Virus record (IMG/VR): IMGVR_UViG_3300037312_000757
Source: a virus
Lineage: Duplodnaviria; Heunggongvirae; Uroviricota; Caudoviricetes
Direction: 5' to 3' (one strand)
Length of the DNA: 64,000 bases
Shown: in pieces, positions 29,355-38,951 of the stretch
Layout of the letters: each line of letters begins with the position of its first letter
Position numbering within the stretch: the stretch's first letter is position 1
Made by a program: the position numbers and the translations under genes
Notes under the pieces: model-generated
Databases searched by the model: none
Seen by the model: the letters and a program-made list of their open reading frames with translations, nothing else
Told to the model about the DNA's origin: nothing

Positions 29355-30258
29355 CATCACAGAATTTGATATTTTCTTCCTCAGTTATGATGAGCCCAAT
29401 GCCGAGAAGCATTGGGCCGACCTTTTGGAAAAATGCCCTTGGGCTAAACGAGTCCACGGGGTCAAAGGGTTTGACAGCGCTCACCGCGCGTGTGCCGAAC
29501 AAAGCGAAACAGATTGGTTCGTCACAGTAGACGCGGACAATATAGTCCATACAGATTTCTTCGACCAGAAGGTCACACTCCATCCAGAACAGGACATCAA
29601 CAAAAGCTTCAGCTGGAATGCACTCAATGGCATGAACGGCTTGATGTACGGCAACGGTGGCTTGAAGCTGTGGTCAAAACAGTTCGTGTTGAACATGAAC
29701 ACCCACGAAAATAGCGACGATCCGCGCAAAGCTGTCGACTTCTGTTGGGAAGAAGACTATCTACACCTACATAAAACATTCAGCACCGTATGGAATAACG
29801 GTAGCCCATACCAAGCATGGCGTGTTGGCTTCCGAGAGGCAGTAAAGCTTTCACTGGATCAGGGTAAACGTGTTCCTGCTGACAAGATGAAAACCACATT
29901 ACATGACGTCAACCTGCGAAATCTCCGTATCTGGGCTTGCGTGGGTGCAGATGTTGAGTACGGCAAATGGGCCATGTATGGCACTCGCTTCGGTCTTATG
30001 CAGATGATCAAGCCACACTGGGATTATACCGATATTCGCGACTATGATTGGTTTGATAATATGTGGGAAATCTCGATGAGAGAACAATTCGAGGTTAAGA
30101 AGACAACTACTGGCTGGTCATATGACGAAGTATTCCTTGATCGTAATATTCTTGAATGTGGTGAGTGGATCGAAAGTCAAACCAAGATTCTGCTTCCTGT
30201 GCTAGACGCAAAAGCAAGCGATTTCTTCCGAGAAAGCTTCAAACTACGAAATGACTGA
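29338..30258 (+). CDS. GT-A fold glycosyltransferase-like protein
   Basis: FLSYDEPNAE, RVHGVKG, VTVDADN (DxD), YGNGGLKL, AWRVGFRE. Confidence 0.7.
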   Translation: MTQVRDITEFDIFFLSYDEPNAEKHWADLLEKCPWAKRVHGVKGFDSAHRACAEQSETDWFVTVDADNIVHTDFFDQKVTLHPEQDINKSFSWNALNGMNGLMYGNGGLKLWSKQFVLNMNTHENSDDPRKAVDFCWEEDYLHLHKTFSTVWNNGSPYQAWRVGFREAVKLSLDQGKRVPADKMKTTLHDVNLRNLRIWACVGADVEYGKWAMYGTRFGLMQMIKPHWDYTDIRDYDWFDNMWEISMREQFEVKKTTTGWSYDEVFLDRNILECGEWIESQTKILLPVLDAKASDFFRESFKLRND

Positions 30259-31663
30259 CAAATCACCTAATCAAATCAACATGGAGAATATGTTGAAGCG
30301 GATGGATGAGGTCGAATCATCATCTGGTTCAAAATCCATGTGTCTGGCGAAGTGGCTGCAGAGCACTGTTTATCTTATGAACGGCCATACACATTCATGC
30401 CACCACCCATCAGTTCATAAGATTCCTATTAGTGAGATTAAACGCAAACCTTCTGCTCTTCACAACACAGAACACAAGATGAAAGTTCGTGAAGAGATGC
30501 TTGCTGGCCAACGCCCGAAGGAATGCCAATATTGTTGGAATGTCGAGGATCTTCCAGGTAAACACATCAGCGATCGCACATACAAAAGTGCTGACGTTGA
30601 GTGGGCGCATCCACACCTAAACACCGTCATTGCAAGCGGTAATGGTTCGGACATTGCTCCTACCTATCTAGAGGTTGCATTTGAGAACACTTGCAACTTC
30701 AAATGCATGTATTGCACACCAGATATTTCCAGTAAATGGATGGAAGAGATTGAGCGCCATGGTGCCTATCCAACAAGTTACAATCTTGGTTCTATCCAAT
30801 GGCTGAAGCAGATTGATAAGATGCCAATCCCACGTAAGGAAGAGAATCCATACGTTGATGCTTTCTGGCAATGGTGGCCTGAGCTCTACAAGAGTCTCAA
30901 CACATTCCGTATCACTGGTGGTGAGCCATTACTGTCAAAGAACACTTGGCTTGTACTTGAATATATCAAGGCAAACCCTCGCAAAGACTTCACGTTGGCT
31001 ATCAACACAAACATGCAGGTCCCTGATGATCTGATTGATAAGTTGATCTCCTATTACAAGGGTATTGCTCCTCATATCAAGTCATTCGATGTCTATACGA
31101 GCTGCGAGGCTCATGGCAAACAAGCTGACTATATCAGATACGGTATGGACTATGACAAGTTCATGAGCAACTGCCGTCGGTTCCTGTCCGAGACTGATGC
31201 TCGTCTGAATTTTATGGTAACATTCAATGCATTGAGCGTAACCACATTTACAGAATTCCTGAAAGACATCTGGCAGATGCGTGTCGATTTTAACGAGAAT
31301 GACGCGATGAATCGTATACCAATGATGATTTCTTATCTTCGTTGGCCGCAATTCCAAGACGTTAGAATCTTGCCAGAATCTGTCAAGCGACCGTTCGCAG
31401 AGAAAGTCAAAGCATTCGTTCAAGCGCATACTCGAAATACTAGCCCCGATCGTGCTGGTCGTTTTTACTTGGAAGAAATTGATCAAGTAGAACGTCTTTG
31501 TGAGTATATGTTCGAACCACTCGATGCTGACTATCTCAAACGCCAATACGATGATTTTGGTGCTTTCTTCGGCGAATATGACGAACGTCGCAATGTCAGT
31601 TTTGATGATCTGTTTCCAGAATTATCCGATTTCTACACCTTTTGCTTAGAACAAAATGGCTAA
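30251..31663 (+). CDS. Radical SAM enzyme with an N-terminal twitch domain
   Basis: CNFKCMYC and TGGEP; N-terminal CLAKW...SCHHP...ECQYCW. Confidence 0.9.
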   Translation: MTDKSPNQINMENMLKRMDEVESSSGSKSMCLAKWLQSTVYLMNGHTHSCHHPSVHKIPISEIKRKPSALHNTEHKMKVREEMLAGQRPKECQYCWNVEDLPGKHISDRTYKSADVEWAHPHLNTVIASGNGSDIAPTYLEVAFENTCNFKCMYCTPDISSKWMEEIERHGAYPTSYNLGSIQWLKQIDKMPIPRKEENPYVDAFWQWWPELYKSLNTFRITGGEPLLSKNTWLVLEYIKANPRKDFTLAINTNMQVPDDLIDKLISYYKGIAPHIKSFDVYTSCEAHGKQADYIRYGMDYDKFMSNCRRFLSETDARLNFMVTFNALSVTTFTEFLKDIWQMRVDFNENDAMNRIPMMISYLRWPQFQDVRILPESVKRPFAEKVKAFVQAHTRNTSPDRAGRFYLEEIDQVERLCEYMFEPLDADYLKRQYDDFGAFFGEYDERRNVSFDDLFPELSDFYTFCLEQNG

Positions 31664-33176
31664 AAAGAACAACGAATCATATCAAGAATACCGAGATCGA
31701 GTTGTTAATCCCATCTCGCCAAGTTTTTGTGGTGCAAAGTGGTACAATGCAACTATCTGGCTGGGTAGTGGTACAACCGCATCATGTCATCACCCACCAG
31801 CACACAAGATTCCACTTGAAGAAGTGAAGCGTTCAATCAAGGCAATTCACAATACCGAATACAAGAAGGCAGTCCGTGAACAGATGCTGCGCGGTGAACA
31901 ACCAGCAGAATGCGATTACTGCTGGAAGATTGAAGGGCTAGGTCAAGACAAAGTATCAGATCGTGTATTCAAGTCAGTAATCTATACCGACGAAGAATTG
32001 AAAGAAGCCAAGGAAAAACTTGGTAGCTCAGCTGATGTTGATCTCAAGACACTTGAGATCGCATTTGACGCCAACTGCAACTTTGCTTGCTCATACTGCA
32101 ATCCATCATTCAGCACCACTTGGATGAAGGATGTTCGTACTAATGGTCCATATCAGAATCTTGTATCAGATGGTGGTGGTGCTTTCCAACAGGACGGTTC
32201 GTGGGCAATGCCTTATGGCCCCAAGAACGAGAATAACCCATATGTTGAAGCATTCATGCAATGGTGGGAAAGTGATCTTCAACACTCACTGCGTGAACTG
32301 CGCATCACTGGTGGTGAAGGGACAATGAGCCCTGACTTCTGGCGATTGATGGATTGGTGGAAGGAACATCCAGAATGCAAGGTTAGTCTGGCTGTCAACA
32401 CTAACCTAGGTGCAAAACAAGAACTGATCGAACGACTTTGTGAAACCTCACATAGCTTCCAAGACTTCCATCTTTACACGAGCAATGAAGCATTTGGCGC
32501 TCATGCCGAATATATTCGTGATGGTCTCGTTTGGGAGACATGGATGAGCAATCTTCGCATGATGCTTGAGAAGGGCAACTGCAAGGGCGTTCACGTTATG
32601 ATGACTATCAATAGTTTGGCCCTGTTCAGCATCACCGAGTTCATGGATGAAATGCTAAAACTGCGTGCAGAGTTTGGCAAACATGCATGCATGATGTCAT
32701 TCAATATCTTGCGCTTCCCAAGCTTCCAGGCAGCCGTTACGCTTCCGCAAGACATCAAGGAAGGCATCGCTGACAACCTGACTAACTGGCTGTCCAAGCA
32801 ATCTCTGATGCATCAGTGGGAGATCGATGGATTGCAACGCTTGATTGCTTATCTGCGTGAAGTTCAGGAAGGCCACAGCAACACATCAAGCTTGGAAAGC
32901 CGCATGCGCGATTTCAAGAGTTTCTTTGCTCAATACGATAAACGTCGTGGCAAGGATTTCAAGTCAACATTCCCGCAACTTGCTGACTGGTACGATAACA
33001 TCCCGGACACTAATGTCCAGCCAATCAAGTTCTTCAAGAACGGTGACGCAACGGAGGGTTGGAGTTATGTCAAGGAACTCAAGGAACGCGCCAACAAAGA
33101 AGGCTGGATTCTCACACCGTCAAATGTGAATCCTGGTGCACAAGGTTACGAACCACCTAAAGAAGGCATGGATTAA
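31656..33176 (+). CDS. Radical SAM enzyme with an N-terminal twitch domain
   Basis: CNFACSYC and TGGEG; FCGAKW...SCHHP...ECDYCW. Confidence 0.9.
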   Translation: MAKKNNESYQEYRDRVVNPISPSFCGAKWYNATIWLGSGTTASCHHPPAHKIPLEEVKRSIKAIHNTEYKKAVREQMLRGEQPAECDYCWKIEGLGQDKVSDRVFKSVIYTDEELKEAKEKLGSSADVDLKTLEIAFDANCNFACSYCNPSFSTTWMKDVRTNGPYQNLVSDGGGAFQQDGSWAMPYGPKNENNPYVEAFMQWWESDLQHSLRELRITGGEGTMSPDFWRLMDWWKEHPECKVSLAVNTNLGAKQELIERLCETSHSFQDFHLYTSNEAFGAHAEYIRDGLVWETWMSNLRMMLEKGNCKGVHVMMTINSLALFSITEFMDEMLKLRAEFGKHACMMSFNILRFPSFQAAVTLPQDIKEGIADNLTNWLSKQSLMHQWEIDGLQRLIAYLREVQEGHSNTSSLESRMRDFKSFFAQYDKRRGKDFKSTFPQLADWYDNIPDTNVQPIKFFKNGDATEGWSYVKELKERANKEGWILTPSNVNPGAQGYEPPKEGMD

Positions 33177-33215
33177 CTACTAAGATAAATTAGAGATATA
33201 ACCACCATATCTCTA

Positions 33216-34508
33216 ATGATCGACAAAGCCAAAGTCTCCCAACTCGTAAAGTCTAAAAACTTTTGCGCAGTTCCCTGGATGCACCTCCACGTAATCAACG
33301 ATGGGCGTGCATTCCCTTGCTGTCAAACTCCAATCGAAGACGAAAATTCACTCGGTAACGTTAAGGAACAACACGTTATCGAGATCGTCAATTCTGCAAA
33401 ATACAAAGAGATGCGCAAGAACATGCTGGAGGATCTACCTCTACCTGCTTCGTGCGAACGTTGCACTAAGAAGGAAGATGCAGGTATCAATACCATGCGT
33501 AAAGGTATGAATGATCAATGGGTCAATCTCAACGAAAACTTTATCGCAGAAACCGCAGAAGATGGCTCAATACCAGAAGCACGTCTGCAATATTGGGACT
33601 TCCGATTCAGCAACTACTGTAACCTGGCTTGCCGCACATGCAGTCCCTTGTTCAGCACCAGCTGGCATTCTGATTCATTCAAATTGCACAAAGTTCATAT
33701 GAATGGATCCAAAGCATTGATTGATTTGAAAGACGCTGACATCTTTTGGGAAGATCTTGAAGGTCAGATCAAGCATCTTTCAGTCATTCAATTTGCTGGT
33801 GGCGAACCAGTCATAATGGAAGAGCATTGGAAGCTCATCAAGATGCTCGAAGCACAGAACAAAACCAACGTAAGTCTCCGGTACTCAACCAACGCAACCA
33901 AGCTGTCATACAAAGGCATGAACATGCTTGATGTATGGAAAAAGTTTAGCCACGTACACCTGAGTCTGAGCATTGACGGAGTAGGGCCACATTTCGATTA
34001 CATTCGTCATCGTGGCGTATGGGAAGAAGTAAAGCAAAACTTGCTGGCAATTCGGGCAACCAAGATGATCGATTATTGGATGCATCCCACAATCAGCATT
34101 CTTAATATCTTCCATATCACAGATATGCACAAGGAACTTTTCGATTTAGATCTCATTCCAAATGCCGAACTGTATCCTGGCAATCCATTTTTGCCAGAAG
34201 CATACTTCATTCATCGTTTCCATTTGAATCCGCTATTCACACCAGAATCGCATAGTATCAAGGCGCTACCAAAAGAACTGAAAGAGTTAGCGACTGAAAA
34301 ACTGCTAACGTACGGTGGAATGATGAACATACAACACGGTATTCCCATGAGTGGATGGAAAAGCTTGGTTGACTTCATGTGGGCGAGTGATGATTCACAC
34401 TTGTTCCAAGATTTCATAGAACACACAAAGAAACTTGACGAACTGCGTGGGCAAGATTTCACGCAGTTGGATCCTATTTTGGCACCATATTTCAAATGCA
34501 TGAAGTAA
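33216..34508 (+). CDS. Radical SAM enzyme with an N-terminal twitch domain
   Basis: CNLACRTC and AGGEP; FCAVPW...PCC...SCERC. Confidence 0.9.
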   Translation: MIDKAKVSQLVKSKNFCAVPWMHLHVINDGRAFPCCQTPIEDENSLGNVKEQHVIEIVNSAKYKEMRKNMLEDLPLPASCERCTKKEDAGINTMRKGMNDQWVNLNENFIAETAEDGSIPEARLQYWDFRFSNYCNLACRTCSPLFSTSWHSDSFKLHKVHMNGSKALIDLKDADIFWEDLEGQIKHLSVIQFAGGEPVIMEEHWKLIKMLEAQNKTNVSLRYSTNATKLSYKGMNMLDVWKKFSHVHLSLSIDGVGPHFDYIRHRGVWEEVKQNLLAIRATKMIDYWMHPTISILNIFHITDMHKELFDLDLIPNAELYPGNPFLPEAYFIHRFHLNPLFTPESHSIKALPKELKELATEKLLTYGGMMNIQHGIPMSGWKSLVDFMWASDDSHLFQDFIEHTKKLDELRGQDFTQLDPILAPYFKCMK

Positions 34509-35401
34509 ATCCTAAACTTATTATGCCATGGTCTGTGAAGACTATGGAAGAATTGAAAACACGACTAGAGTACGATACCAGCCGCAATAATTTTGGCAAA
34601 GGTGAATACCCAGGCGTCGTTCAATATCTGTCTGATGCCGAGCGCGATAACTCAAAACGTGCAATCGCTTCTGGTTTCACACACTACAAAGAAAACGATG
34701 TTTCATACCAAATCAATAGTTTGGGATTCCGCGGTGACTGGGAACTAGAAGACTTTGTAGAAGACGACACCTTCAAGCTGTTGGTTATGGGCTGTAGTTT
34801 CACACTGGGCGAAGGACTAGCTTATGATGATATGTGGTCAGTCATATTGGCCAAACGTCTAGAGACCTTTTTGGGTAAGAAAGTAAAGCTGGCAAACACT
34901 GCATTGTGTGGAGCAAGCCTAAATAATCAAACCCGCTTGTTTTCGATGATTTCCGATCATGCAAAGTTTGACATGGCTATTATGTTGGCACCACATGTTG
35001 GAAGACATGAATACGTGGTAAAATCCCGTCAACTTGATCAGCCATTTCCAGTTGCATTGGTTCCAAACTTCAAGCATATGAACGCTGGCCCAGCTTACGA
35101 TCATTTCTATAAGTTTGCTACAGAAGAATATTTGTATTACGACTACCTGCGTTCCATTGAACATCTGAAGCATATTGCTGATGCAAAGAGGATGCCGCTC
35201 CTAGTGGGTAGTTGGGATCCAACCGCTACTAATCTAATGATTGAAGGGTCATCTTTTGATCCATTACCAATTTTCTATATTTGGGAAAATATCAAGGGTG
35301 AACACAAACATAGAATGGCTCGAGATGGAAACCACCCTGGTCCATTCAGCAACAGTCATTATGTTGATCAAATATGGAATAGGGTAATCAGTCTGTTATG
35401 A
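34496..35401 (+). CDS. SGNH/GDSL-like hydrolase or acyltransferase
   Basis: NSLGFRG, GCSFTLG (block I) and RDGNHPG (DxxH). Confidence 0.7.
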   Translation: MHEVNPKLIMPWSVKTMEELKTRLEYDTSRNNFGKGEYPGVVQYLSDAERDNSKRAIASGFTHYKENDVSYQINSLGFRGDWELEDFVEDDTFKLLVMGCSFTLGEGLAYDDMWSVILAKRLETFLGKKVKLANTALCGASLNNQTRLFSMISDHAKFDMAIMLAPHVGRHEYVVKSRQLDQPFPVALVPNFKHMNAGPAYDHFYKFATEEYLYYDYLRSIEHLKHIADAKRMPLLVGSWDPTATNLMIEGSSFDPLPIFYIWENIKGEHKHRMARDGNHPGPFSNSHYVDQIWNRVISLL

Positions 35402-36015
35402 TAGATTTGAATAAATTCGTGCCAGTGCCATGGACATGCCCAGGCTTCATGCTCGGTAGCGACATTCTAAGTCTAGATCTCCTGCAGTCAATCAATGATT
35501 TCGACTTTTCACTGAGCACACCAGTGTTGCAGTTTAAGCGACGTAGTGTTACCTGCGATCTATTTGATTTCACTCCATCAGGCAAACAACTGATGGATAA
35601 GGTTGGTGATTTGGTTTCATATCTAAATGACGCAGATATTTTGGAATACCTGGTGGTGAAAAGTTTTGAAGGATGTGAGCTTCCATTAAATCGATTTTGG
35701 GCTAATGGAATCGACGCGATTAAACGAGTGCATTCTGGAATGGTTGTGCAACTTACAGAAGACACTATTGGATTCAAGATGTCACCACATGTAGATCACC
35801 GTGAAGTCATTGCCAACATGCAACTCTATCTGGGGCCAAACGGATACGATGTGGGTACCACATTCCATAAAGCAAACAACTGGGACATCACAAAGAAAGT
35901 ACCTTTTGCCACAAACACCGGGTACTTTTGTGTCAATACCGAACAAAGCATTCATAGTGTGACTGTGGATCAAGATATCACACGAAGATCACTCATTATT
36001 AGTTGGACATTATAG
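35398..36015 (+). CDS. 2OG-Fe(II) oxygenase-like protein
   Basis: HVD...H...R motif: PHVD, GTTF, SIHSV, RRSL. Confidence 0.65.
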   Translation: MIDLNKFVPVPWTCPGFMLGSDILSLDLLQSINDFDFSLSTPVLQFKRRSVTCDLFDFTPSGKQLMDKVGDLVSYLNDADILEYLVVKSFEGCELPLNRFWANGIDAIKRVHSGMVVQLTEDTIGFKMSPHVDHREVIANMQLYLGPNGYDVGTTFHKANNWDITKKVPFATNTGYFCVNTEQSIHSVTVDQDITRRSLIISWTL

Positions 36016-36023
36016 GATTAACC

Positions 36024-36128
36024 ATGTGGAATTTTATTAAAGGATTGGTCGAAAAGATCAAAAATGAAATCGCCTACCGCAAACGCATGAAGGCATTAAA
36101 ACGTAAAGATCCATTCATCTACAAATAA
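36024..36128 (+). CDS. 34-aa basic peptide ending DPFIYK (not in ORF track)
   Basis: MWNFIKGLVEKIKNEIAYRKRMKALKRKDPFIYK; AGGA RBS; fills the gap between neighbouring genes. Confidence 0.75.
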   Translation: MWNFIKGLVEKIKNEIAYRKRMKALKRKDPFIYK

Positions 36129-36130
36129 TC

Positions 36131-36962
36131 ATGTATGTTCAGTTCGACGTAATGTCTTTGTGGAACGAAGGTAGAATCGTTCCTCTAATAAACCAAACAA
36201 TGCAGTGGATGCCAAGCGATTCAAAAGAAAACTATAAAGAATCTGGTAACCTCTATACACCCGAATCGTTCGATTATCAATTCAACGATTGGGGATATCG
36301 ATGCGATAGCTTTGCTGGTCCAGAGCAATATCCCTTCAGAGTGTTGTTCATTGGATGCTCATACACTATGGGCATCGGTCTTCCACAGGAAGAAACCTGG
36401 GCCTATAAAACTCTAAAGTCATTGCGTACTCATTACCAACAAGATATCCCATATTGGAACATAGGTTTCGGAGGAGTAGGCACAGATTTCAACGCTAGAA
36501 TGGCTTCAATGGTTATCCCCCACTTGAAACCCAACTTGGTATTGTTTCTTGCACCATCAATGAGTAGAAGAGAAATCATAGAAGAACAAACCCACTTCAA
36601 TGCAATCCCACCAGAATTCATGAATGGCATGAAAACACCTTTTAAACACACGCATTGGCTTCTTCTCCGATGAAGCCAATGCGTACAACTTTATTAAGAA
36701 TATGGTAATGGTAGATGCTCTCACCAAAACCTATGGCGGATCACTCAAATGGATGTCACATCTGGCTTACGAAAAACAACAAGAAGACCAAATACATTCA
36801 ATCCTACCACAATCATTGATTGACAACAAACTTAAATTCAATGTCTTCAAAGCAAATACATTCCCATTCATCGACAAAGCTAGAGACAAAATGCATTCAG
36901 GCCCCAAATCTCATGATCTTTACCATGAACTACTATGGGATGAGTTAAAACATATCCTGTAA
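36131..36962 (+). pseudogene. Second SGNH-like gene split by a +1 frameshift near 36630-36670 (or a sequencing error)
   Basis: GCSYTMG lies in ORF 36131-36673; RDKMHSGP lies in the +1 frame (36702-36962); removing one base at ATGAAAACACCTTTT gives a full-length paralog of 34496-35401. Confidence 0.75.
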
Positions 36963-36991
36963 AAAGAGCCACCATTATGGTGGCTCTTTTT
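36961..36991 (+). terminator. Intrinsic terminator
   Basis: AAAAAGAGCCACCA-TTA-TGGTGGCTCTTTTT. Confidence 0.85.
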
Positions 36992-37132
36992 CATTCGATT
37001 ATCAGCTAAACAACATAATTACCACCATTATAGATGGCAGCAATGACCAATATCTACAACACATCACGGAATTAAACCACTCTATAACCCATTGGTGATT
37101 CCTCCATTAACATCATACTCATCAAACCATCA

Positions 37133-37380
37133 TCACGAATATATCATGGAGGTTCAACGAACTAACTCCTGATAGCTACTAAACCCAGAGAGAACTCCCC
37201 AAATTCCTCACGAAGAACTCATGGAGGTTATCCATGGCATATCTTACCATACCCAGAACCCAGAGAGAAGTCACCATTTCCTCTCCATGAAACCATTTCT
37301 TCACGAATAATTCAATGAGGTAGTCAATCGTGTCAGGGTCTAGGACCCTTCATGGACGACATCAAACCCAGGCAGATCTC
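37133..37380 (+). repeat. Alternating two-motif repeat, locus 2 (3 units)
   Basis: TCACGAA..(TCATGGAGGTT) at 37133, 37208, 37301 (degenerate); (A)AACCCAG(AG/GC)AGA at 37181, 37257, 37364. Confidence 0.85.
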
Positions 37381-37392
37381 TTCATTTTTCCA

Positions 37393-37399
37393 ATAAATA
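37393..37399 (+). promoter_or_regulatory. T4-like late promoter
   Basis: ATAAATA upstream of the carbamoyltransferase. Confidence 0.55.
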
Positions 37400-37423
37400 T
37401 TTGGTTACATAATGGGGGTTCAA

Positions 37424-38896
37424 ATGAAATACCTTGGTATTGTCTCTATGGGACATGATGCATCCGTAGCTCTGGTAGATGGCTACGAAATCCTCTTTGC
37501 TGGACATGCAGAGCGTTATAGCCGTACGAAGAATGACGGTGAAATCAATGCCGCCCTCCTCAAGGACGCATTGAAGTATGGCACTCCGGATCAGATTGTC
37601 TGGTATGAACGCCCTATGTTGAAACGTAGTCGTCAACTCTTCGCCGGTCAATACCAGGAAGTATTCAAGACTCCCTCAATCCGTCAACACCTGAACTCGG
37701 TGGGTATTGGACAATTACCCATCAACATCGTGTCACATCACGAGAGTCATGCTGCGGCTGGCTATTTTACAAGTCCCTTCACAGATGCCTCTATTCTCGT
37801 TTGTGATGCCATCGGAGAGTGGACGTGTATCAGCATCTGGGAGGCGCATGGTGGCTCTTTACGTCAAGTCTGGAAGCAATCCTACCCCCACTCCTTGGGT
37901 CTATTTTACTCGGCCATCACACAACGTTGTGGCTTGAAGCCCAATGAGGAGGAGTTCATTCTCATGGGTATGGCTGCTCTGGGTCAACCAAAGTATGTTG
38001 CCGACCTGAAGAAGGACTTCATCGCATCCGAGCGTGGACCTGACTTTAAGTTGAATACTAACCTCCATCGAGGAATGCTCTGGTGGCGTCCTGATCTGCA
38101 AACCGAACAGGATTACTATGACTTAGCTGCATCTGCTCAGGTTATTGTTGAGGAGTATCTGGAGCAGACTCTGGCATGGATGGCAAAAACTCTTCCATCA
38201 CGTAACTTGGTCATGATGGGCGGCGTTGCATTGAACTGTGTTGCAAATGCAAAGTTGGCAGCACTAGGCATCTATGATGACATCTGGATTATGCCAAACC
38301 CGGGCGATGCCGGTTCATGTATCGGCGCAGTAGCCGCTCATACGAAAAGCCATCTGATGTGGGAATCACCATACTTGGGATACAACATCAAGCGTGAGTT
38401 TGACTTCGAAGGCGCAATGCAAGTATTGCTGAAGGGCGAACCAATTGGTGTCGCTAATGGCCGTGCCGAGTTTGGTCCTCGTGCATTGGGTAATCGTAGT
38501 CTCATTTGTGACCCTCGTGGTCCTAATGTCAAGGACATGATCAACCAGATCAAGAAGCGTGAGCCATTCCGTCCTTTTGCACCAATCATCATGGAACACT
38601 TGGCACATGAATATTTCGATATGCCAGTGAATACTTCACCATACATGCAATTTGTGGCTAACTGCAAGTTCCCAGATCAGTTCCCAGCGATCTGTCACTT
38701 CGACAATACTAGCCGCGTGCAGACGTTGAACAGTGAACAGAATCCAGTCTTCTATGAGTTGCTCGAGCGCTTCTATCAAGCGACTGGATGTCCTATGCTG
38801 CTGAACACGAGTCTGAACATCAAGGGTGAACCATTGGTGAACACATGGCTTGATGCTGTGGGTTTCCGCAACATGTATGGTGTGCAGGTTTTCTAA
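37424..38896 (+). CDS. NodU/CmcH/TobZ-family O-carbamoyltransferase
   Basis: HDASVA, HHESHAA, GGVALNC, PGDAG, EFGPRALGNRS, KREPFRPFAP, LNTSLN; likely start ATG 37424 after GGGGG. Confidence 0.93.
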   Translation: MKYLGIVSMGHDASVALVDGYEILFAGHAERYSRTKNDGEINAALLKDALKYGTPDQIVWYERPMLKRSRQLFAGQYQEVFKTPSIRQHLNSVGIGQLPINIVSHHESHAAAGYFTSPFTDASILVCDAIGEWTCISIWEAHGGSLRQVWKQSYPHSLGLFYSAITQRCGLKPNEEEFILMGMAALGQPKYVADLKKDFIASERGPDFKLNTNLHRGMLWWRPDLQTEQDYYDLAASAQVIVEEYLEQTLAWMAKTLPSRNLVMMGGVALNCVANAKLAALGIYDDIWIMPNPGDAGSCIGAVAAHTKSHLMWESPYLGYNIKREFDFEGAMQVLLKGEPIGVANGRAEFGPRALGNRSLICDPRGPNVKDMINQIKKREPFRPFAPIIMEHLAHEYFDMPVNTSPYMQFVANCKFPDQFPAICHFDNTSRVQTLNSEQNPVFYELLERFYQATGCPMLLNTSLNIKGEPLVNTWLDAVGFRNMYGVQVF

Positions 38897-38951
38897 ATTG
38901 CTCAGATAGACGGCAACTTGTACCATAGTGTAACTTCATTATGGTACGAAA

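Noticed and set aside
36640-36673. TTTAAAC slippery heptamer or TGA read-through explaining the split SGNH gene
   Set aside because: The downstream part is in the +1 frame, so a -1 slip or stop read-through would not join the halves
37133-37380. CRISPR or TIGR array call for the repeats
   Set aside because: Two alternating motifs, irregular 68-93 nt period, related gap sequences between loci, and no cas or Nop-domain gene in the window
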